Source: Phoronis australis (lineage: Eukaryota; Animalia; Phoronida). Taken from it: a stretch of 63,929 bases of DNA. This document shows, piece after piece, positions 25,001 through 37,000 of this stretch; positions within the stretch are counted from its first letter, which is position 1, and the number at the start of each line of letters is the position of its first letter. The notes beneath the pieces were generated by a model. It was not told the origin of the DNA. It saw nothing but the letters and a program-made list of their open reading frames with translations, and searched no databases. A program made the translations under genes and the position numbers. Location of the stretch: contig NMRA01000121.1 in NCBI GenBank assembly GCA_002633005.1, positions 40,106 through 104,034 of the forward strand. Reading direction: 5' to 3'.

Positions 25001-28000
25001 AATCGTGATTTAATTTTCTAATCTCTTTAGTGTCAAGTAATACAGTGTATGTGTCTCAAACTGTAAGTCTAACCGACGTTTTTACTCTTACTACCAAAGC
25101 CCAGTCCGGGGCGAATAGCGGACACTGCCTTGATTTTTTCGAATGCTCGGGGTCTTTGTCAGGAACGATGATATCTAATTATGGTGATGCTAATTGGATT
25201 TTTTTGATAAATGATACTCGTTTATATTTTGTCTGTTCCAAAATGATGAAAATTTTGCACTGTTGTGATTATTTCGGTCCAGTGTCCCACTCCAGCCTCT
25301 GTGCTGCCTACAATCGTGATCTTAAACCATTTGCGTGGCATCTAGTCCCCTCTTCCTATTGGGCATTGACGTTTATGTGGATAGCATGCATTCCCACACA
25401 ATTTTGAACAAAAATAGACTAATGGAAACTTACTGTAATCACATTCGTTATCTCAGTCACAAGTTCATGATGAGGTTCGTCCTCCATAAGTGTCTGACAA
25501 CTACGTTCTCAGAAATGGTACAACATACATGTACATGTATTTGTCCATCGAATGCTTTTACACGTTGGAGAAACCTTCATCAAATCTCCATTTCTGCGAA
25601 GCACGGTTCTGATCGCGTGCTCCGACGTGTGTTGCCATATCGGTTTCCGACTCACGAAACTGTGTCACTTCTGGGCGATCTTACGGTCTTTTGAAAACGC
25701 AAAAACTGAAATGTTGTATGTCTGATTGTTTTTACTGCATCTTCCGCACAAGCAACTTTTCGCAATACTCAGTCGAGCTCAGTTTTCGAGACCACTTAAC
25801 GGCGCGCGGCTGGCGTATAGCAACTCAATGGCAATGGCCGGATCCACTGAAAACATCATACAAAACTTTTTATTTTTCAATTTTTTCGTTTATTTCTTGA
25901 TTAAAAATACACAAATTGAAGAAAAAATACATGAGATATCAACCCAAACAGTTGGTAACCGAATTCAAGCACTTATGATTATAGTGTGAAAGGTTTAAGA
26001 GCGAAGGCAGACTATTTTAGAGTCATTCTGGATAAAATAACTTTTTCTGAATATATTAGACAAATTTTGAAGTTTAACGAAATTTCCCCGGGTTCTTGTT
26101 AATTAGGCATGCGTCACTACAGAAGTGACATTTGCGGCCAAGATCTTTTCCCAGCATTTTTATTTGACGCTTATTGATTTTACGAACTACGCAATAGGAG
26201 TCGATATGTCACCTCTGAGGGAAAATTTGAGGCTACAAAAATAATCCATGTGCCTCGGATGGTTGCGAGAACGACCAGCCTAAACAAACAATGCAATGCT
26301 GTCCATAAGACCCATGCTGTAGTTACTTCCAAGAATGGTGAAGCTGTGCTAGGTTTTGGCCTTATGCGTTGCACGAGTGACAACAACTTCCTGGTTTTGA
26401 GTCTTTGCAATGGCTGCACTGAGCTCACAACGCTTTTCGTTTCAAAAAGGCAATGTGGGCATGCGCATGTGGCCACAGAGCAGAGATAGGAAATAACTAC
26501 GGTATTTTTCAGAGCATATTTTGAAGTATTTTCATGATCTCTCTGTACATGTCCCTCACCAACTGCGAGGGTAAGAAATGTTTGTCGCACAGGCAATAAT
26601 TTTGCATCGCTTTAGCCTTGATTGGCAACGCTGATACAAGGTGACGAACACAAGGACGCATGGTATGTCAAGTACATTCTGGAGTACATTTGAACAACGA
26701 TAGCAGGAAATGATCTGGTATATTGAGATGTCGTGCTCAGACTTATGTTTCCTGTATAGGTCATTTTTAGCGATTCTTCAATACGTAATATATTGCAAAA
26801 AAACGCTCACTTGATCTTTGACATCAGCAGTTTTTTGTTCGCTGGGAATATATGATTTAGTAACATACATACAACATGTAAGATTTAGTGTCAACATGCA
26901 ACAGGGTTGGAGGCCTGTACGTTGAATGTTTAAGATTTAGTGTTTAAAAATTACGAGCACAGCCCCAGAAGTCGTTTTCACGAATGCATGTATCTAGGCT
27001 CTCATTCACTACCATTCTCCAGTAGGTCCGCGCTCTTCAGTAGAGTGAATTATGTTAGGATCGTACATGTACATGTATGTCAACCAACTAGTTCGTTGGA
27101 AAATTTGCCAATTAACTCACTTTATAGTCGCTTTTCCATTGCAGGAACTTCGCTTTACCGTAACTTCGCTGAAACTTCGCTTACCTTTGCAATTTAACAG
27201 AGATATCGAAGTCATTTTTAGACAATTTTTTGGCTCAAAGTAAAACTTCAGTAACGACCGAGGGAGCAGAGTTTTGCAAATTGAAGGAGTTTGTACCTTT
27301 TTAATAACTTTTACCTTCCTTTGAGTCTGAACTATAATCTACTATTGAAGAAAGAACTCGTTCTACTTAGTATGCTCATTTTTGTTTGACTGTTTTTATA
27401 CCAGACATTTTTTTCCTATTCAGTACGATGTATGGCAGTCAAGCCAAGTGCCCAATCGTCCGGTAGATATTCGTGTCTCTCCTGAGGAAAAGCAGGTGTT
27501 GATTTCTCATCTAGAAAAACGTGACCTGAACTATGAATGGTTCATCAACGATCTGCAGTCGTAAGTGGCTCTGAAGTTTGAGTTTAGTACCAGTTTTTAA
27601 AATAATGTCTGGTAAAACAGTATGCTTACTGTTTTACCAGACATTATTTTAAATATGCTTGAAACATGATATCACGTGCACAGTTATAAGTGGGCCTATT
27701 GGTACATGTAACCCCTCAAAGCGTAAATAAGTCAGAAGGGAAAGAGTGGGCGCCAATCTCTGTTGCTCCAGTATGTTTAGGATTGACAAGGAATATCGCA
27801 CGTCATTATGTTTCAAAGGTTTTAAAATAATTTTGTAATAGTTTTATCTGTTTTTAAAGAAGTCAAACATGTTCGAAACTGACTACGAAAAATGAGTGTA
27901 AGGTAAATTAATCGCCAGTTCATTTGGATCGTGGTGAAGTATTCAAAAAGAACGTTCAGCGCGGGTTAGTTCCAACTCTTGGCTACAACTGAAACACTTC

Positions 28001-31000
28001 AACTCCCATTCCACGAGAGCACCGAACGGTCGACTCTAAGGTATTGAAATAGTATTGTCTTCATATATCTTCGTGAGATATGTTCAAAATACATATTTCA
28101 CATTTGAGCCTTTACTTTTTAACTTAGTGTATCATGAATATTTTGCACAATACTAGCCCATTTTTGGTGCAAAGAGGTTCAGTTAGTAAAGTATTTTTAA
28201 AACAGCTTAGAAAACGGGAAAGAAAAAGTTTCATGATGTTTATGTAGACATTGAGCCTCTCTATCAGAAGACAGTCTATGCATTGTCAAAAGGTTTTTTC
28301 ATTTTCCTTCATTAGAATGCCAAAATTCGATAAATTTTGCCCATACTTTTTGTATTTGATTTGAAGCTATATTAGAGGTGTTTTGGAGGCCAGTTGCGTA
28401 GTGCTGGTGATTTCTTATCATATTTTCCATCAGTTTGCTCTTTGATTAAGAAAAAAGTAGAAAATGGTGGATATTTTGCTTGTTTCCAATCAGTAACGGA
28501 TAGAAATGGCATATCATACAGTCCTTGAGTAGGCAGGGTACAGTTGTACCTAGTAAACCTCACAAATGGGTTCCATTAATTTTTACAAATATGCCTCTGT
28601 AGTGATGAAATCGGTCGACGTCAATTTTTTGATAATTCGACTCATGGTTGTCCCCTGGTGGCATTTCTAGTGCTAGATTTGTTTGGTGAAATGTTTCTGT
28701 ACGGGAAACGATGGCACAGTCATGTTTTCGAATGATTCTAATCTGTGCTGACCCTCCAGTGGCAAAGTTTAAGCAGAATCTGAAAGATGAACCCTTGAGT
28801 AAATAATTTACTTCATTTCATTTTCTCGTGGACTGACTCTTTAAAAGTATTGTAGTTATGAGTATAGATCATGTATTTTTATACTGAAATAGATTTTGGT
28901 ACTTCTAACATGCTATTGTCCTAGTCGGTGCTCGGTTCACTAATAACGCTAATTTGTTCCAGAGTTTTGGAGGAGGAGAGCAGGAGCCAGAGAAGCAAGC
29001 GGGCGACTAGGACGTCGTATTTGGGTTTGGATCTTGAACAGTACCACAGTTACGATGAGGTAACAATGGCCTAATGCTGAGTTAATATTGTACTCACCTT
29101 TGCAGTATTTTTATGATTAAATTATTATAATAGATGCAATTATAATAGTGAACACTATAATCGCACACGCTCTCGCGCTCTCAGTTGTTCCCATTAGTTA
29201 TAAAAATGATTAAGTGTTGCAGACTGAGTCAAAAAGGGTTCTCTTTTTCCTTTCTCAACTATCTCTATTGTTTTCGCGTGTCCTACAAATAGGATTCTAT
29301 GCCTAGGTCTAGCTTATTAACATAGTCCGGATACGACTTTAAAATTTTTTGAACATTTGAAAGAGAAGTTTCTGGTACTTTCGTTAACCTTCAGTTAGGA
29401 GCAAGTTTAAAAACTCCATATAAAGTCACTTAGGCAGTCGTGACTAACGGTATGAGCGAGTTCGTTTACGACTAGTGTGAAAGGCAGACCACCAAAGGTG
29501 GGCTCCACTGTAAGTCGCTGCCTAGCCATATTATTTTATGACATCGACTTGCTCAGCCACACAGCCTATTGTGACTTAGGGAAGTTAAGGAATTTTGAAA
29601 ATTATTCACTTTTCTTGCAAGTTAAATTTTCAGGAGATAACAAATAAATACTTTACACGACATGTATCTAAGAAATGCCCTGTCCACACGATCCGTTTTT
29701 TTTTCGTATGGGACTAATCGGAGAGTGATGACAGGCGTTCCGACATAACTTTTCGTGCTAAAAGTTGTTTACATTACAATCAAGGTGTTCAACAATTGAC
29801 CTATTGCAAGCTCCACCCCCTTGTGAAAACCCACCGCCAACGCGTTGTTTGTCGGGTAAAATGGGGCTGGGACACGCAGACGAAGGTGTGTCAAGAATGT
29901 TGCAGTCTGATTGGTCAGTTAAGCCGTCAGCCAAAATCTGGTCAATTGTAACTTGTCATAAAATACTGTGATGACACCAAATTCGTTCGAGATAAACTTC
30001 GTCCATTTCCGTGTAATGTCGTACGGAAAATGACGAATGTTTTATCGAATGAGCGTTGATGACGCTGCTAGTCGATGTCTTCCATACTCCCTGTCTCGGG
30101 GTTAAGAGTAAGAGCTGATCAAGGTTGCTTAGAAGAGAACCTTTTTTTCTTTCCAGAAAGCCGTACACCACACACAAGCTCTAAAAGGTATAGATATATA
30201 GCGAAGATGTAATCCACGTAGATTTATTAGTACTTCTTGGACTTATATACCGTAAAATTCCGTGGTATACACGTGGCCTTTTCCGTTCTGAGCGATATTC
30301 AGTTGTGTTATTTTTCCCTTGATATCACATTGAACATCAACGTGTACATAATTGTAATTGATGTCTTATGTTATCCCATTTCAGATAACAGCTTGGTTAC
30401 AAAGAGTTGACAGTGACTGTGACATGTGCTCGGTGCAGAATATTGGAAAAACTCACCAGAACAGGGACATGAAAGTTATCAAGGTGCCGTTATTTGTACA
30501 AATTGCCAGCAGGAGCGGAAGCAGGAGCAGACGCAGCAGCAGACGCAGCAACAAACGCAGCAGCAGACGCAGCAGCAGTTGCAACAACAGCAGCAGCAAT
30601 AGTCCCAAATAGCACTGCGGGGCGTAACATTCCGTCCCGAGCTCTATGCGTCCCTTTTTACGAATTTCGTGTTCTATCTGTCCCGGGTTCTATGCGTCAC
30701 AGGCTTATGTGTCCCAGGTGTTATGCGTCCCGGGTTCTATGTGTCTCGGGTTCTATGTGTCCTGGGTTCTATGTGTCCCGTGTTCTTTGTGTCCAGGTCT
30801 TGTACGTTATAGAACAGGGTGCCCAGTTAATTTTTGACACTTAGGAGGTCATTCAGGATCACGAGACAATTGTCCAAAAAACCGCTGTCTTTAGTCAAAA
30901 AGGCGCACAGCATTCAAACCACAGGCAGTACGTTTCCTAAGAAATTGTCATACTTGGTCAAAATGATCATTTTGAGTTGCCCTTTAAAACCTGATCAAAG

Positions 31001-34000
31001 GCAAAATAATTCGACCAAATTAACTCTGATTTGCATGCATAAATAGCCCACAGCTGTTGGCCATAACTACCATATTTTAATTGTGAGCATATCGTTCAAA
31101 CTACACCGGAATACACAGAATCACCTCCGATGCAGAGAAAACTGGACACGTAGAGCCCGGGACATATAAAACCCCGATATGCACAAAACGGGACGTATGG
31201 AATCCGGGACGCATCGGGTTTGACTCCAATAGCACTAGCAATACCAACAGTAGCAGTAGTGTTAGGAGCATTTCCTTAAGTTACTGCCTTTTTTAAGCCG
31301 CAATCGATTCACCTTCAGCATTTGTCTTTGTTAAAAATACTGCGTTTGAGGAACGTCACTCACAACCATAAAATTTTGAATTTTGGGCTTAAGTGCCCGG
31401 TTGCATGGAACAGTCCCAAATAGGGACTCAACTAAATTCCCAAAAATCCAATGCCTATTTGTGAACTTGTGAAAACACTGATCGTCCTTTCTAATGCTCT
31501 CTGAGACTCATTACTAAGTCAAATTGGTATTTCTATACAAATCGAGAGTGAAGTCTAAGTTAAATTCTCAACATTATTGAAAATAAATAGGGGCGTTGCA
31601 TGAAAAGATCCCTACTAGGTCCGTAATTATTTTAACTGAATTCAAAGCTCATTTTTGTATTCATTTTACTAGAATATGCCATTAGTAAAAGAGGAGTTTA
31701 TAATTAAGATAAAATGATGGCAAAATACTACATCTATGAGTACAGAACGAAACAAATAGGTAGTAGAACGAGAAATTTAGCCGAGTCCCTATTTGGGACT
31801 GTTTCATGTAACCGAGCACAGAAGAACTGGGTAATCACTGCTGCTCACGACTGATCGGCGTCAGTTGCAACGTTTAAGGGTCGATCGGTTTCGGGTTTTT
31901 TTCTTTTTTTTTTTGCTAGACATTATACCTTCAGTTGCCAATAATTTTAATTCTGACAACGCTAAATCTTTATTTTAGAAACACGAAGAAAATTGAAGCT
32001 TTGAGGCATGCAATCCTAGAGAGTAACGGCACTGAATCAGTTTCTGCAAAGTACCCTTAATCCAATAAGTGACCAATAGGGAAAGCAAATTACGAGTAGG
32101 TCCTATGCCAGAAATGCTGCCAAAATTAAAGAGAACTTGCAGCACCCATGCTGTTTTGTCTGCGTGTGTGTTACATACGTCCTATTGATATCCTCCAAGT
32201 CAACACGAAAGACATTGCATAACGTGCTCATAACATATTGTTATTGATGGCATGATCTTGTTACGACGGTCATAAGGGTCCACAGCAAACTCACGAGCCC
32301 ATACGAACACAAGACAGGGCTGGGGCGTGCAATAAGCGAAATGAGCTTCTATTAAGGGCCCTGTAACACTAAGAGGTGAATGCAGTGTGCAATGAAGGGG
32401 GTCCTCGAACTAAAGTCTAGATAATGCTCTCCTCAAAAGTTAGGACCAGGTCCTATCTGAGACACTCAAGAAAAATCTTAAGTCGACATGTAATGCACGT
32501 ACCCATTGGCTATCCGCTGAGCTACGTTTAGTGTTCTGCTGTTTGGGAGTGTTTTATTTGCTGAAATGATCTTAAAGCCTATCTTCAACGGCAACACATG
32601 TAAATTTTTGTTCCTACAGTACGTTAAGAGCGTCGCTCGGCGCCCACTAGTGCCATAAATTGCCAAATGTAACGAGCTGTTAGACGTATTGGCTTGCTTT
32701 TGTCTACGTCACCGCGAGAATCACCTTTTAACACCCGTACGTAATTGTGTTCTATTCAGACCCCTATTTAATAGAACCTATTGTTTGTTTGTGCCGGGAT
32801 CACGCGGTGACGCAACATGGCACGAAAAGGCAGTTTCACTTATCATTTGACGGGCTTACACTTGTGTGATTGAATTTGCGTTTTCTTGTTTTATTAAGGC
32901 TTTGCTAGGACTATCTGGTTAGCCTAATACATCTAAAGTAACAAAATTCCGTTGAAGTTAGGCTTTAATACGTTCTCGGAAACGTCTGAGTGAGCCGGAG
33001 AAGCAAATGTAAATCAGACTTGTTAAAAGGAGAAAATCCAAGAGCACGTTCAAAAATGCTACTCAGTCACGAAGGAAAGCTAAACTAGTGATATCTTGTT
33101 TTCCACGTAAAGTGCCTGTACATGTCGATATCTGACGAAAATGTACGTGGTCTCGCCAAACTCGTAAGATACCGCCGCTAGAGAACGTGCTCTAGGTGTA
33201 ACTATCTCTTGTTTGTTACCGTGTCCATGAGATTTTTACTTTTTGTGATTTCAGATCGCAAAATCGAGCTCTTCGAACACCAAAAGAGGTATATTTATAG
33301 ACTGCGGAATTCATGCGAGAGAATGGGTTACCCCAGCGACTTGCTTGAATATCATTCATCGCGTAAGTTTCAGTTATGATCAATAGCCTAGACACGGATA
33401 TTCGGAAGTACATGTACGCTCATTAATTATAACAAAACAGTCCCTTGCCGTAACAGAAATTAACATTAGCAAAGGGATTTGGGTGATTTGACACCTGAGA
33501 GTGACATGAGGCTGTCAGACCCGATTTGCCAAACTTGTGGACTTTTAGCTCTCTCTTATTAGGATGATTTTTTAAGGAATGGAAACTTAAGTTTAAGAGG
33601 AACAATTGTTCTTCTCATTGCAAGAAAAAGTTTAAAACATACTTTGCGTAGTCCAGTAACCTGCCTCCCGTTCAGTAACGCTAGGACCTCGCTAAAAGGC
33701 GAGACTTCGCGAGATTACGTGAGATATTGCCGTGCATTTTGAATGAGAACATGCGACTTTGACTAGCTTTTAGCTAGGTCCTAGCGTAGGTCCTAGCGTC
33801 TACTGAACGCACGCCTGGTTTACAATAGGAGATTAGATAGTAGGTGGCTGAGTAAGAATTGAATGCCCCTTCAAAAGTTTCCCATGGATGTTCTTGTTAT
33901 TTTGGATGTTAAAATTACATGCCTCCATGGTTTGTCAGTGGATATCTGCAACCCCTCGTAGCACCAGTTTCAATAAGTAATTGTTGTCTGGATGTATCTA

Positions 34001-37000
34001 TTGAGTTGGAACTCTTTGTTTTCGTATTTAATGTGGTTCATCTAGTTGCATCACAACTGACATAGTCAAAGACTGAATGGTGTTGTTTGATTGTTTCAAT
34101 GGATGGGTTCTCCGCCACTCACTTGATTTATTCTCATTTAAAATTTGGGATTTCGGTGTTGCCGAATTTGCGCTGACTGGCAATAACACACGGTGTAGCC
34201 ACTTAAGTATTGAATTTAACCTGTTTAGTTTAAAGCTCTAATGGGAGACTTCATTCTGGCTTTTTACTTAAAGCGGTTTTAAAACTGGCGCACATCACAA
34301 AAATTAACTTTCCATTTAGACCACTTAACGTTATCTTGCTGCGAAAATGACTTAAGATCAGTTTTGACTAAAGTCTAAGATTTGTCTCAACTTCCAAGCT
34401 TTGAAACTTTCACATTCTGTAAGTTAGTCAAAATCAAGACTGAACTTAAGTCAACCTTAAGATCTCTTTCTTAAAAAGGACTTGAGCTAAATTTAATGTT
34501 TATCTTAAAACTTGGCTGAAATTTATGACTTGCCTTAGCGAAGTCAGTTTTCTTGGAACAGGCCCCTGGTCTCAAGTTGTTCCTTTCTCAAGAGAATAGG
34601 GATAACTTTAGGGCTTCAAAAGAACTGGCAGTTTTTAGTGTTGGAGGCCAGATTCAACCCGTCACGTCTTGTCTTATTACGCGTCGACCATGGTCGCAAC
34701 GAATAATGAATCATCTTGCAAACCCTAAGAAAACACCTTTTATCTGAATAAAGGACAAATTGGAACCAATTTTATAGTGGCGGCAGGTGGTTAAAATCAA
34801 AAGCCTGTATCGTCAGTAACTATTGATTTCGATGACCTACCGCTGTAAAAGTGGTCTCAACTTGTTTCTAGCTCGGATAAGAATTGATTTTTGAGATAAC
34901 AAAAACCGAAAGTTCCTTTGTTCTTGAGACCATGCTGGGACCATGAGACGAACTGCCGTAATAAGCCAACTTGTAGAGTCTGGTTTCTAGTAATTAACGG
35001 TCTGTTTGTTTTTCAAAGGCCTGAAATCACAGCTTATTTGAGAAAGGTTCATTTTAATTCTGATTTCGTACCAGTAATCGGTGAAAGATGATTTAGTAAC
35101 TCAGTGCCGCTTCAACTTTTTGTATTTCACGACTGTTTAAACAGGCTCTCACCACTCTCTATGCATTATGATATGTGAAAAATGAATAGATAACAGTGGT
35201 TAACTTGAGGTTGCTCATCGTAACCCGGATGTAACGCCAGGTTCCATCTCATACACCAGCCCAAGCGATTCTTAATACGAACGGACTCAGTCATGGTACT
35301 ATATTTTTAGCTCCTTACCGACACAGATTCAGAAACCACGGCTTTGCTGAGCCACTATGACTTCTATATTCTGCCAGTGGCCAATCCTGATGGTTATGAG
35401 TACTCAAGGGTATGTATACCATGTGGGCACAGTCAGACGCTCTGTCTCTTACGTTCTAGTTTGGATTTTCAAGAGATTTCGAAATGCTGTGCATTTGCTG
35501 GATATACAGAAGCATCGTCTGCTCCATACTTGTGTCTCTCACAGAAATTACAATATTAGATTATAATGCGACTTAAAATGACCAAGGACAGTCTTTTTTA
35601 ATCTTGTCTATGTGTGTCGCTTGACCCCATATGGTACACAGTGTGTTCCATTCCACTGTATCAGTCGATGACACTCTTACAGAGTTCCTGCTGCAAAATG
35701 CCGTGCACACTGACAAATATCGTGTTTGTATGCTGACCTAATTTGTGGAGAGCTCGTTAAGATCAAAATGGCTGCACCAGGCCGCATGCTCGCACACACC
35801 CAAGATCACACAAATCGCTCGATATGTATTCAAAGCAGCTTGACTCAAGAGAGTCTTACGTCTACTCAGCTCAGCCCAGGACAGCCACAAGACAGTAGTT
35901 CCCACACGTGCTGGTTAGCATGACAGATCTGTCAATCAAAACTTTTCAAAGAATGAGATTACAGTATCATCACTGCTTTTACGAAACGTACCTGAATTAT
36001 AAAATAACCACTCTCTGTTCTATTCACGTGACCTTTGCAAAAATTCTCACACCAAAATTACAGAATCTGTCGTTTAAAAACGTCATTTAAAATCCACAGA
36101 AGACAAAACTATTTAAAGGCGAAGGCAACCTTTTTCCATGTCATTTTGAGCTAGAATGAGGTTGGTTGGTTATCCTAGACATATTTTCCACTTAATTACA
36201 GCTTTTCGTAATTTTATTAATTACTCGTCCGCTACTCCGGAAGTGACGTTTTAGGAGGCAAGCATTTCGCGCCAATTTCTCTTCATATAGTCTGACTGTG
36301 AGAGCTGCCGAGTCAGTCATTGTTATACCTCGGTTATGTTAAGTTCCGTCGTCGTTTGCTTTCATTTACTAGTCAGTCAACATGCCACACTGTTGCTGCG
36401 TACGGGGATGTACTAATTATCGGCTCACGCTCGCTTTGGGAGTACCTTTGCATCGCTTTCCGATGGATGACACACTTCACCGTACTTGGCTCGTTCGTGT
36501 GAAGAACGCAGCGTTACCCGTCAACGCAACGTACAAAGCAGTGGAGAATTACCGTTTGTGTGGCAAGCACTTTCTGCCGTCCGATTACGAAAGGGATTTG
36601 TACGCTGAACTGATGAAGGTNTGTCATTTATGCCTGTCTCTTTACCCCATGTCGTAGGCAAATTAGCTCTATTGAACTGTTCCCGTCAATTAGACACTCA
36701 GCGGGTCCAAGGTAGTGTCTGAATGCTGACGCAATTTGGAGTAACTTCGTTAATGAAAAATGGCAGCACCAAGTCAGGATTTATTGTCAAATGTACTGCA
36801 TTGTGGGTAAATATTGTAAACGGATTAAACTAATCCATTTCACAAGGAATTTCTTTTACTTTATTTGGCATTGCAGTCACCGCATTGGTAACGTTTTGTT
36901 GTCCTCAATGAAGACCAAATAGAATTTGCGAGCTTTTAGCTGTATCCTAGTGTCTTTAAGTACGGCTGGAAAAAAACACTGGAATATAAGTGTCAATGAC

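Noticed and set aside
30494-30844. Ala-rich and Cys/Pro-repeat ORFs
   Set aside because: They are translations of a GCA microsatellite and of the subterminal repeats of a MULE-like element in an intron.
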